Assembly: GCA_963549285.1 (NCBI GenBank)
Contig: CAUUYF010000001.1
Span: 25,683 to 89,682 of the forward strand
Length of the DNA stretch: 64,000 nt
Source of the DNA: an uncultured Candidatus Saccharibacteria bacterium
GTDB taxonomy: Bacteria > Patescibacteriota > Saccharimonadia > Saccharimonadales > Saccharimonadaceae
Reading direction: 5' to 3'
Part shown: positions 10,694 through 18,862 of the stretch, piece by piece
How positions within the stretch are numbered: position 1 is the first letter of the stretch
Layout of the letters: every line of letters starts with the position of its first letter
The notes under the pieces: generated by a model
The model's input: the letters and a program-made list of their open reading frames with translations, nothing else
Told to the model about the DNA's origin: nothing
The model's database searches: none
Made by a program: the position numbers and the translations under genes

Positions 10694-11578
10694 ATGCAAG
10701 TAATGATCTTTTACTACTTCTCATTAGCCCTCCTCGGGGCAATCATGGGCTCGTTCGTCGGTGCCCTGACTTGGCGGATGAAGCGGGGGCTCAACTGGCT
10801 AAGTGGGCGGAGTGAGTGTGAGCACTGTCACCATCGCCTCGCCCCGACCGATATGATCCCGATCATCTCATATCTGGGGCTGGGTGGGCACTGCCGCTAC
10901 TGCCACAAGCGGATCGGACGGCTGGCGATCCGGCTGGAGGTGCTGACCTGCCTCAGCTTCGTTCTCTCCGGTGCGCTCTTTCCCTCGGTGCTGGAGCACA
11001 CCTGGCGTGATCCAAGCATCACCCTGGGGATTGCTTGTACTCCCGCTAGCCTCTGGTGTCGTTCGCCGGGGCTAGCTTGGCTAGCTTTCGGGCTGTGGTT
11101 AGCTTGCCTAGTGCTGATGGTCGCCCTCTTCGTCTACGACCTGCGCTGGCGCAAGCTACCGAACCGCCTGGTCTTTCCCCTGATCGGGCTTAGCCTGGTC
11201 TACTCGCTGGTGACCTTGCCGGTGCTACATGGTGGTGGGGTAGGAGGCTGGCTGATGGCGGTAGCCGGCGGTATGGCACCGATTGCCGGCATCTATGGTG
11301 TTATCTACCTAGTTTCTCAGGGTAAGTTAGTCGGGCTGGGTGATGTCAAGCTGGGGCTGGCGATCGGTCTCTTGGTGCCACAGTGGTGGCTGGGTCTGGT
11401 CATTCTTTTCCTGGCTAACTTGCTGGCGACGCTGGTCTCTCTGCCAGCGCTTCTGCGCCACAGGCTCAAGCGTACCAGCGCCATCCCCTTCGGCCCTTAT
11501 CTAATAATAGCTACCTATCTGGTCTTCCTGCTCAGCTGGCTGATCCAACCAGCTCTCCAGTCCTTCTTCACGCTATAG
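10694..11578 (+). CDS. pilD: prepilin peptidase / N-methyltransferase PilD (peptidase A24)
   Basis: Cys-rich N-terminus (CEHCHHRL...CRYCHKRI), polytopic membrane protein, GLGDVKL and IPFGPYL A24 motifs. Start moved to the second ATG because the -10 abuts the first. Confidence 0.88.
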   Translation: MQVMIFYYFSLALLGAIMGSFVGALTWRMKRGLNWLSGRSECEHCHHRLAPTDMIPIISYLGLGGHCRYCHKRIGRLAIRLEVLTCLSFVLSGALFPSVLEHTWRDPSITLGIACTPASLWCRSPGLAWLAFGLWLACLVLMVALFVYDLRWRKLPNRLVFPLIGLSLVYSLVTLPVLHGGGVGGWLMAVAGGMAPIAGIYGVIYLVSQGKLVGLGDVKLGLAIGLLVPQWWLGLVILFLANLLATLVSLPALLRHRLKRTSAIPFGPYLIIATYLVFLLSWLIQPALQSFFTL

Positions 11579-12132
11579 CATCAGAGCGGAGGTAGAGTCC
11601 GTAATTTCCCTCCATGCATAACTCTATAGTGTACGAGTAGTACAGGTGGTCTCCTCAGGCTCCAGCACGATGCTTAACACTAGTAACCGCAGAGAGGACT
11701 TGAGGTGTAATAACGCTTTACTATGTCAAGTTAGCCTGACTAGCATCAGCTGGACAGGTTGGCACCGTATAAACTACCACGTGCACTGGATAGCTTACTG
11801 ATATATCAACAGCCTTCGTCAACCACACTGTACTACTCGTACCTAGGAGTGCTTGTTTTAATCAAGGTCAGACTACGGAATGAAACCGGGAAATTACAGG
11901 TGCACCAAAAGGGTGCATGTTGTCTTTCATCTACATCGTCATTTCCTGAAGACTGTGCACGCTTGAAGCTCAGCAGTGCACGAGCCAGCCAGGCGGGTCT
12001 GAGGGAAATGATGATGTAGACGAAGAGTGAGGGCTGTAGTAACGAGTAATCCGGGGAAGAGGAGACCACCTGTACTACTCGTACAGAGAGGAGCTATACG
12101 TAGAGGGGAAATTACAAATCCTGCTCTGATGC
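11578..12132 (+). repeat. L element copy 1 (full length, both arms, carries nested S element)
   Basis: The 5' arm GCATCAGAGC...GTAATTTCCC...GTACGAGTAGTACAGGTGGTCTCCTC is mirrored by the 3' arm GAGGAGACCACCTGTACTACTCGTAC...GGGGAAATTAC...GCTCTGATGC (26 bp perfect). Internal modules are shared with copies at 13231, 30515, 36817 and 45857. Confidence 0.9.
11661..11758 (+). mobile_element. S element copy 1 (about 98 bp, MITE-like) inserted inside L copy 1
   Basis: The other four L copies read CTCCTCAGGC|(T/C)TGGC without interruption. Here 98 bp intervene, bounded by imperfect inverted ends CCAGCACGATGC / GCATCAGCTGG. Homologous to 18044-18150 (inverted) and 58512-58610. Confidence 0.8.
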
Positions 12133-12138
12133 TATCAT
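12130..12138 (+). promoter_or_regulatory. extended -10 (TGCTATCAT) for holA, partly built from the L1 right end
   Basis: TGC belongs to the terminal GCTCTGATGC of L1. The motif ends 6 nt before ATG 12145. Confidence 0.45.
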
Positions 12139-12144
12139 ATTGGT

Positions 12145-13080
12145 ATGATCTATTTCCTCCACGGTGACAACGACTACCTGATCAGCCAGCGAGTCAAAGA
12201 ATTACGCCAAGCATTTGCTCAGAAACACGGCACCGGTGCTATCACCACCATTGACGGCACCGAAGTAGCGCCGGCTGACCTGGCCTCTCAGCTAACTGCC
12301 CTTAGCCTCTTCGACCCTTATCGGCTAGTCATCGTCTCAGCCATTACCGCCCAGGCGGGCAACTGGACCATGCTGGAGACGAACCTGGCTCATATCCCCG
12401 AGCAAACCACCGTCATCCTGACTGATATTAAAGCTCTGAGCAAAGTGCGCAACCTCACCATCACTCGCACCACGAAGGAGCTGAGGCGCCTCGGCGCCAC
12501 GGTAGAGAAGTTTGACCTGGCTAAGAGTAGCTATCAGCTCCGACCGTGGCTGGAGGCGGAGCTCAAGCGCCACCAGCTGAGTGTCGAGCGAGGCGTTACT
12601 GATAAACTGCTCGAGCTAACGGCGGGTGAGGAGAACCAGCAAGCTCGTCTCAAGCTGGAGCTGGACAAGCTGGCGCTACTAAGTGGCGAATTAACGGTTC
12701 GGCTGGTCGAGCAGTATGTTCAGCCCAGCCCCCAGACTAATGCCTTTGCTATCCTAGAGGCAGGATTAGCTGGCGATCAAGCTAAGGTGGCGCAACTGCT
12801 TGACCGGCTGATTACAGCGGGGGAGGATAGTAATCGCTTCCTGGGGCTACTGGCTTCACAAGCCCTAGCCCTGGCCGGCGTCTTGACCGGTGCTAAGGTC
12901 AAGCTCAGCCCCTATCAACTGAATCAGACTCGCCAACTGGCTGAGCGCCTAGGCGATCGTCAGCTATCCCGGCGACTAGGCGAGGTTGTCGAGAAGCTCG
13001 CCCAGCTGGATGGCAAGGTTAAACTATCCGCACCGGACGAAGCTTGGCTACATATCCGCTCTACACTGAGCAATATATAG
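12145..13080 (+). CDS. holA: DNA polymerase III delta subunit
   Basis: MIYFLHGDNDYLISQRVKELRQAF start and about 310 aa helical C-terminus typical of HolA. Low-identity family, so moderate confidence. Confidence 0.7.
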   Translation: MIYFLHGDNDYLISQRVKELRQAFAQKHGTGAITTIDGTEVAPADLASQLTALSLFDPYRLVIVSAITAQAGNWTMLETNLAHIPEQTTVILTDIKALSKVRNLTITRTTKELRRLGATVEKFDLAKSSYQLRPWLEAELKRHQLSVERGVTDKLLELTAGEENQQARLKLELDKLALLSGELTVRLVEQYVQPSPQTNAFAILEAGLAGDQAKVAQLLDRLITAGEDSNRFLGLLASQALALAGVLTGAKVKLSPYQLNQTRQLAERLGDRQLSRRLGEVVEKLAQLDGKVKLSAPDEAWLHIRSTLSNI

Positions 13081-13099
13081 TGGATATCCGGCTGGACAG

Positions 13100-13195
13100 G
13101 CCCAGCTGGATGGTAAAACAAAGCAATCTACACCAGACCAAGCTTGGCTCTACATCCGCTCCACGCTGAGTAATATATAGCGGAGTAATATATAG
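13100..13195 (+). repeat. degenerate duplicate of the last ~80 bp of holA (plus a third 15-bp stub)
   Basis: 13100-13180 aligns with 13001-13080. Translated in frame it gives AQLDGKTKQSTPDQAWLYIRSTLSNI* versus the holA tail AQLDGKVKLSAPDEAWLHIRSTLSNI*. GAGTAATATATAG recurs at 13183-13195. Confidence 0.8.
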
Positions 13196-13230
13196 TGAAC
13201 GGGCTAGCCCCGTATAAAAGATTAGGCCCC

Positions 13231-13820
13231 GTAGCTCAGAGCAAAATCCGTAATTTCCCTCTATATATAACTCTATGGCATACGAGTAGTACAGGTGGTC
13301 TCCTCAGGCTTGGCACCGTATAAACTACCACGTGCACTGGATAGCTTACTGCTATATCAACAGCCTTCGTCAACCACACTGTACTACTCGTACCAGGAGC
13401 ATTCATCTCCGACTGAAGTCGGACTAAGAAATGAGACCGGGGAAATTACGGGTGTATCAGCTAGCTTACTTATGTATCAACAGCCTTCGTCAACCATCGA
13501 GTACTGCTCTTTACTCACAGGAAAGCTTTCATGGGGGGGCGGATTCATCACAGACAACCGAAGACTAATCAATGTCCTACAAGTAATCAATCGCCAGTGG
13601 TACATTATGGGCGCCAGGTCTGAGGTTGATGTGATGAATCTATCAGCCCCCCATATAAAGTATTAGATAGCCCTTAATACATAAAGGGTGTCTTTTGTCT
13701 TTCACTCTATTAGTCATTTCCTGAAGACTGTGCACGCTTGAAGCTCAGCAGTGCACGAGCCAGCCAGGCGGGTCTGAAGGAAATGATAATAGAGTGAAGA
13801 ATGAGGGCTATAGTGATTAG
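13231..13820 (+). repeat. L element copy 2 (no 3' arm; expanded middle)
   Basis: Same 5' arm, module B and domain D as the other copies. Extra partial module-B duplicate at 13463-13509 and an inserted hairpin unit with 20-bp inverted repeats at 13533-13552 / 13630-13652. Confidence 0.88.
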
Positions 13821-13822
13821 CG

Positions 13823-14164
13823 TTACGCATCCTGCCGGGGCTTCTTGGTTCGGCTAGCCGGCTTAGTGGTACTTTTCTTGCCGGCGGGCTTACTCTTGGC
13901 GGCCGTCTTAGTCGGGACCTTGACGCCAGACTCTTTGGCGAGCTTAGCCAAGTGCTTGATCCGTCTAGCGGCAGCTTGCTTAGAGATGACATTCTTCTTC
14001 GCAGCGGTATCAATGGTGCTCTGAGCCTGACACATAGCACTAAAGCTAGGGCTACTCTGGAAAGCCTTGATGGCGGTGCGCATAGCCCGCTTGGTGCGCA
14101 GGTTTTGGGCATAACGGCGCTGATCCTGCTTCATCTGCTTGATAGCTGATTTGATAAGTGGCAT
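13823..14164 (-). CDS. rpsT: 30S ribosomal protein S20 with Lys/Ala-rich C-terminal extension
   Basis: MPLIKSAIKQMKQDQRRYAQNLRTKRAMRTAIKAF is canonical S20. A TTGACC-17-TAGAAT promoter lies upstream on the minus strand. Confidence 0.9.
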   Translation of the reverse strand: MPLIKSAIKQMKQDQRRYAQNLRTKRAMRTAIKAFQSSPSFSAMCQAQSTIDTAAKKNVISKQAAARRIKHLAKLAKESGVKVPTKTAAKSKPAGKKSTTKPASRTKKPRQDA

Positions 14165-14391
14165 ATAACTCCTGTTTCTAGCGATCCTAAGACCACCTTA
14201 TATGATGATATGACAAGAGATATTCTAATAGAAAACACCGGTCAGGTCAAATGCGACCTACCGCAATTTGTCACCGGTCAGTATCTGTGGTATTATCTAG
14301 GCTAAGTTAAAGGTCAGCGAACCTACAGGATAGATGTGCATAAACTCGAAAACACTAAAACAGAGATAACCATTGAGAGAGGAGTGAAGTA

Positions 14392-15489
14392 GTGGCTGAT
14401 AGACCGGTCGACGAAGAATTATTAAATGATATCAATCTTGACGAAGCAGGAGAGCCGACCGACGGCGATATCACTAGTGATATTGATGACGATACTATCA
14501 TCGAGCCCTCTGACCTAGACAGCATCTCTGATGATAGCGTTCGAGTCTACCTGCGAGAGATTGGGCGCATCCCATTACTAACGCCGGAAGAAGAAGCGGA
14601 GATTGCCTATGATATCGTTAAGAACGCTGAGCCGCTGGCCGAGGCAGAGCAGAGGCTTAAGGAAGTCGAGGCAGAGCGAAAGAGCGAGTCTGACCCGGCG
14701 AAGCGAGCCAGCTTGCAGAAAGAGGCGACCGGTCTGCGCTTTAAGATTAAAAGGCTCAAACGACCGAAGGATAAGATGGCAGAGGCTAACATGCGCCTGG
14801 TGGTCTCAATCGCTAAGCGTTATTCGGGGCGAGGCTTGGACTTTCTCGATCTGATCCAGGAGGGTAATACAGGGCTGCTCAGAGCAGTCGAGAAGTTTGA
14901 CCCGGATCGAGGCTTTAAGTTCTCGACCTATGCGACTTGGTGGATTCGCCAGGCGATCACTCGGGCGATTGCCGACCAAGCTCGGACTATCCGGATCCCG
15001 GTTCATATGGTAGAGACGATCAATAAGCTACTGCGGACACAGCGCAAGCTAACTCAGGAGCTTAACCGAGAGCCGTCTGTCGAGGAGCTGGCGGAAGCAC
15101 TGGGCGAAACGCCGGAGAAGATCAAGTACGTCTTTAAGATCAAGCAAGATATCCAGAGCCTCGATGCCACTATCGGTGGTAGTGATGAGGACGATGCCAG
15201 CGAGCTAGGCAACTTCGTCGAGGATGATACGGCGGTTAGCCCGGAAGATGCCACTAATGATCGTTTACTGAAAGAGCAAGTCATGGAGGTGGTAGGGCAA
15301 CTATCCGATCGGGAGCAGAAGATCATCAAGCTTCGCTTTGGACTGGATGGCGGACGACAGCACACTCTGGAGGAAGTCGGTGTGGAGTTTGCGGTGACTA
15401 GAGAGCGGATTCGTCAGATAGAAGCCAAGGCGCTGATGCGGCTACGCAAGAATAAGGAGACGGAGAAACTCCACGATTATCTGAACTAA
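14392..15489 (+). CDS. rpoD: primary RNA polymerase sigma factor (sigma-70)
   Basis: Acidic N-terminus, region 2 ([31 protein letters not shown]), region 4 ([24 protein letters not shown]). GTG start after GAGAGGAG. TTGTCA-17-TATTAT promoter near 14268. Confidence 0.93.
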   Translation: MADRPVDEELLNDINLDEAGEPTDGDITSDIDDDTIIEPSDLDSISDDSVRVYLREIGRIPLLTPEEEAEIAYDIVKNAEPLAEAEQRLKEVEAERKSESDPAKRASLQKEATGLRFKIKRLKRPKDKMAEANMRLVVSIAKRYSGRGLDFLDLIQEGNTGLLRAVEKFDPDRGFKFSTYATWWIRQAITRAIADQARTIRIPVHMVETINKLLRTQRKLTQELNREPSVEELAEALGETPEKIKYVFKIKQDIQSLDATIGGSDEDDASELGNFVEDDTAVSPEDATNDRLLKEQVMEVVGQLSDREQKIIKLRFGLDGGRQHTLEEVGVEFAVTRERIRQIEAKALMRLRKNKETEKLHDYLN

Positions 15490-18038
15490 TGAAGGATGAG
15501 CCGGTGAAGCAAGCTAAGCCTAAGATCTTTGTCTTGATCGATGGTAAATCGCTTTTCTACCGGGGGTATTATGCTATGCCTCATCTTTCGACTGCTGATG
15601 GGCGACCGACGGGCGGGGTCTACGGCTTTGCCTCACTGGCGCTGGAGCTGGTTCGTCAGCTCAGACCGGATTATGTAGCAGTGGCTTGGGATAAAACTAA
15701 GACCAACATTCGGCGTCGTCGGGCTATCTACCCGGAGTATAAAGCTAATCGTCACCCGGCGCCGCCGGATTTTTATCAGCAGATTCCGATCTTACGCCAG
15801 CTACTTGAGGCGCTGGGCTGGCCTTTCTATGAGGTGGACGACTATGAAGCAGATGATATCATCGGCACTTTGTCTAAACAGGCTAACCAAGCCGGTATTC
15901 ATACGGTGATCGCTTCGTCTGATCTGGATATGCTTCAGCTGATCGATGATGACACCGAAGTCTATGCTCTTAAAAAGGGGCTAAGTAGTATCGATCGCTT
16001 CGATGTTAAGGCTTTCCAGGCTAAGTATGGCATCCGGGTAGATCAATTCCTAGATCTGAAGAGCCTTAAGGGAGATAGTAGTGACAATATCCCCGGTGTG
16101 CCCGGGGTGGGCGAAAAGACGGCTGTGGCGTTGCTGCAGAAGTATCATGACCTTGATGGTGTCTACGCTCACCTGGATGAAATTACCGGAGCAGCTCAGC
16201 GCAGACTGGCTGATGGTAAAGCCAGTGCCTATATGTCGAGAGAGCTGGTGCAGATTCAGTGTGATGCGCCAATCCCTCTCAACTTACAGGCGGCAGACGT
16301 GAGCAAATTGGATCGGCACAAGCTGCGTCGGCTTCTCCTAGATCTACAATTCACCTCACTGCTGAGGCGACTGCCTGCCGACATGCAAGTGTCTGAGGGA
16401 GATGAGGCGGTTGGCGCAGAGACTGTTATCGAGCCGGCAGTGGAGTTCCACTCGGCCTCTTTGCCGGACAAACTAACTGGCACGGTCATGGTGGTGCCGG
16501 CTGAGGATGGTTTACTGCTCAGTGATCAGCCGGGTCAATATTACAAGACTAGTTACAAGCTGGCGGCAGAGTTGCTCACGGCGGTGCCGGTGGTAGCTTA
16601 TGACCTGAAGGAGCTGGCTAGCCAGTTTCTCCGGCGTAATCTCCCGGTTAAGTTCGTGGCTGACTATGACATTAGTCACGCCGGCTTCCTAGTGGGGTCG
16701 CTCAGTAAGCCACGCACTCTGGCGGACCTCTTGGCTGAGCTGCCGGATCAGTCGGAGCAGAGGCGGCTGGCTGTCGTCTATCAGCTCTGGCAGCAGACTC
16801 GTCGGCAACTAAATCAGCTATCTCAGTTGGCGCAGTTGGCGAGCCGGGTGGATTTCCCCTTGCAGCTGGTCTTGGCTAGGATGGAGGAGCGAGGCGTCCT
16901 GGCTGATCAAGCTCAGCTGACTCGACTGCATCAAAAGCTGGGCGATAGCTTGGCGCTACTGGAGCAAGCTATCTGGCGGGAGGTCGGCTATGAGTTTAAT
17001 GTAGCCAGCCCGGCTCAACTGTCCGAGGCACTATTTACCAAGCTAGCCTTGAAGCCGACAGCTCGCAAAAACAAGCGAGGGAGCTATCCGACCGGGGCTA
17101 AGGAGCTGGCTAAACTGCGGTCGGCACACCCGGTCATCGATCTAATCATTAAGTATCGGGAGCTAGCTAAGCTCAAGACCGGCTATGCCGATACCTTGCC
17201 GAAGTTGATTGCTCCCGATGGGCGGATTCATACGACCTTTAGCCAGAGCATCACGGCGACCGGGCGCTTGTCGTCGAGCAACCCAAATATGCAGAATATC
17301 CCCGCTCGAACCGAGCAGGGGCGAGAGATTAAGCGGGCTTTTATCGCTCCGACCGGTCGGGTCTTGGTCAATGCCGACTATGCCCAGTTTGAACTGCGCC
17401 TGGCGGCTGCTCTAGCGGGTGATCAAGCGTTGATCCGGGTCTTTGACGACCCGACTAATGATGTTCACACTATGACGGCGGCTGAAGCCTATGGGATCAC
17501 CCCGGCTGAAGTCACGCCCGAGCAGCGTCGTCATGCTAAGGTGATTAACTTCGGCATTCTCTACGGCATGAGCCCGCATGGACTAGCCGAGGCGACGGAC
17601 ATGAACTTGAGCGAGGCGAGAGAGTTCATCGACAAGTACTTCCGGGCTCGTCAGTCGATCCGGGACTATCAGGCGAAGGTGATTGAGCAGGCGAAGGAAG
17701 ACGGCTATGTGCAGACCTTGCTCGGTCGACGTCGCCCGGTACCGGGGTTGCGATCGTCTAATGCGATGGTGCGGGAAGCCACTAAGCGAGCAGCTATCAA
17801 CCTGCCGGTACAAGGGACGGAGGCTGACCTGATGAAAATGGCGATGCTTCAGGTCGAGGAGATTGCCGGTGCCAGCCAGATCATGCAGGTACACGATAGC
17901 ATCATGGTTGAGTGCGACGAAGCCGAGGCGGAGCGCATCGCCGGGGAGATGAAGCGGATCATGGAGCAGATCTACCCCGAGCTGGGCGTCCGCTTATTAG
18001 TCGAGACGAAGATTGGTCACGACTGGAGTCAACTGTAG
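15489..18038 (+). CDS. polA: DNA polymerase I
   Basis: 5' nuclease domain (LIDGKSLFYRGYYA, GDSSDNIPGVPGVGEKTA). Family A pol motifs RIHTTFSQSITATGRLSSSNPNMQNIP, INFGILYGMS, QVHDSIMVE. Confidence 0.93.
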   Translation: MKDEPVKQAKPKIFVLIDGKSLFYRGYYAMPHLSTADGRPTGGVYGFASLALELVRQLRPDYVAVAWDKTKTNIRRRRAIYPEYKANRHPAPPDFYQQIPILRQLLEALGWPFYEVDDYEADDIIGTLSKQANQAGIHTVIASSDLDMLQLIDDDTEVYALKKGLSSIDRFDVKAFQAKYGIRVDQFLDLKSLKGDSSDNIPGVPGVGEKTAVALLQKYHDLDGVYAHLDEITGAAQRRLADGKASAYMSRELVQIQCDAPIPLNLQAADVSKLDRHKLRRLLLDLQFTSLLRRLPADMQVSEGDEAVGAETVIEPAVEFHSASLPDKLTGTVMVVPAEDGLLLSDQPGQYYKTSYKLAAELLTAVPVVAYDLKELASQFLRRNLPVKFVADYDISHAGFLVGSLSKPRTLADLLAELPDQSEQRRLAVVYQLWQQTRRQLNQLSQLAQLASRVDFPLQLVLARMEERGVLADQAQLTRLHQKLGDSLALLEQAIWREVGYEFNVASPAQLSEALFTKLALKPTARKNKRGSYPTGAKELAKLRSAHPVIDLIIKYRELAKLKTGYADTLPKLIAPDGRIHTTFSQSITATGRLSSSNPNMQNIPARTEQGREIKRAFIAPTGRVLVNADYAQFELRLAAALAGDQALIRVFDDPTNDVHTMTAAEAYGITPAEVTPEQRRHAKVINFGILYGMSPHGLAEATDMNLSEAREFIDKYFRARQSIRDYQAKVIEQAKEDGYVQTLLGRRRPVPGLRSSNAMVREATKRAAINLPVQGTEADLMKMAMLQVEEIAGASQIMQVHDSIMVECDEAEAERIAGEMKRIMEQIYPELGVRLLVETKIGHDWSQL

Positions 18039-18043
18039 CCCGT

Positions 18044-18150
18044 CCAGCACCCAGCAGATGCGTTAGTTAGACCAGCTAATTACAGTGAAGCATGATTATA
18101 CACTTTTCCGCTTAGGTAGCGTAGTGCCATGCATCCTGCTGGGCTGCTGG
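18044..18150 (-). mobile_element. S element copy 2 (inverted relative to copies 1 and 3)
   Basis: The reverse complement aligns with 58512-58610 along its length (CCCAGCA.GATGCAT ... ATAATCA.GCTT ... CATC.GCTGG). Intergenic between polA and mazE. Confidence 0.7.
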
Positions 18151-18213
18151 GGTTCTATGTATATACATAATGATACTTATGTGCTATAATGTTTATCATA
18201 AATAGGAGGCGCC

Positions 18214-18462
18214 ATGATGCAAGTAGTGATTAGTAAATGGGGCAATAGCTCGGCCATTCGATTGCCCAAGCAGCTGATGAAACAGCTGCAGCTACAGCCG
18301 AACGATATTTTAGACTATAAAACTACAGGAGATAAGATCATTCTGGAGAAAGCCGGCAAAACTCCGGAGCTGACGGTGGAGGAGCTCTTTAGAGGTTACA
18401 AAGGGAAGCCGGTCAATACCACTCCGGTGGTGTTTAAGAGTACTGGGAACGAGCGGTGGTAA
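18214..18462 (+). CDS. mazE: MazE-type antitoxin (SpoVT/AbrB fold)
   Basis: VISKWGNSSAIRLPKQLMKQLQL AbrB-like looped-hinge motif. AGGAGG RBS. Stop overlaps the mazF start (TAATG). Confidence 0.8.
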   Translation: MMQVVISKWGNSSAIRLPKQLMKQLQLQPNDILDYKTTGDKIILEKAGKTPELTVEELFRGYKGKPVNTTPVVFKSTGNERW

Positions 18463-18788
18463 TGGTTCGGCAAGGATCTATTATTAAGATCAACCTTGAC
18501 CCGAAGGCCGGGCATGAGCAAAGAGGATATCGTCCTTATATCTGTTTGAGTCATAGCATAGTCACCAAGTATTCCAATATCGCTATTTTTGCTCCGATTA
18601 GTAACACTGGACGAAACTATCCTTTTTACGTGCCGCTGGACGGTACCGCATCAACGGGCAAGGTTTTACTGGATCAGCTGGTGACGATTGACTACAACGC
18701 CAGAAATTACCGCTATGTAGAAGACATTCCGGACGACTTACTGGAAAAACTTCTGGCGAGAGTGAAGGTGCTATTCGAGAAAGGTTAA
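18462..18788 (+). CDS. mazF: MazF/PemK-family endoribonuclease toxin
   Basis: RQGSIIKINLDPKAGHEQRGYRPYICLS and LLDQLVTIDYNAR are typical MazF/ChpB motifs. Confidence 0.85.
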   Translation: MVRQGSIIKINLDPKAGHEQRGYRPYICLSHSIVTKYSNIAIFAPISNTGRNYPFYVPLDGTASTGKVLLDQLVTIDYNARNYRYVEDIPDDLLEKLLARVKVLFEKG

Positions 18789-18862
18789 GAGCAGGTCTTG
18801 GGTCGGGCGGTACGTGCTTAAGTTTGCGCTCGTAGCGGTTTGTCGTTACAATGATAAGCGTA

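Noticed and set aside
11940-12012. Hammerhead-like core in L domain D (CUGAAGA ... GAAA).
   Set aside because: After CUGAAGA the required stem II is not followed directly by GAAA, since about 20 nt (CCAGCCAGGCGGGTCTGAAG) intervene. No stem I/III arrangement with a cleavage-site triplet can be drawn. I also found no twister or HDV-like arrangement.
11759-12019. ORFs lying inside L elements: + strand 11759-12019, 13295-13666, 30665-30988, 36885-37160, 46052-46270; minus strand 11833-12069, 13714-14112, 30875-31132. They look like a conserved small-protein family (MAPYKLPRALDSLLIYQQPSSTTLYYSY...).
   Set aside because: Similarity between copies is at the nucleotide level, including third positions. 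Indels between copies shift the frames, starts and ends differ from copy to copy, and there are no RBS or promoter signals. The sequence is explained better by conserved helices.
13081-13099. GCTGGACAGG linker after holA as a definite S-element excision footprint.
   Set aside because: Only a 10-nt match to the right junction of S copy 1. This is too short to distinguish from chance, so it is mentioned only as context in the holA-tail finding.
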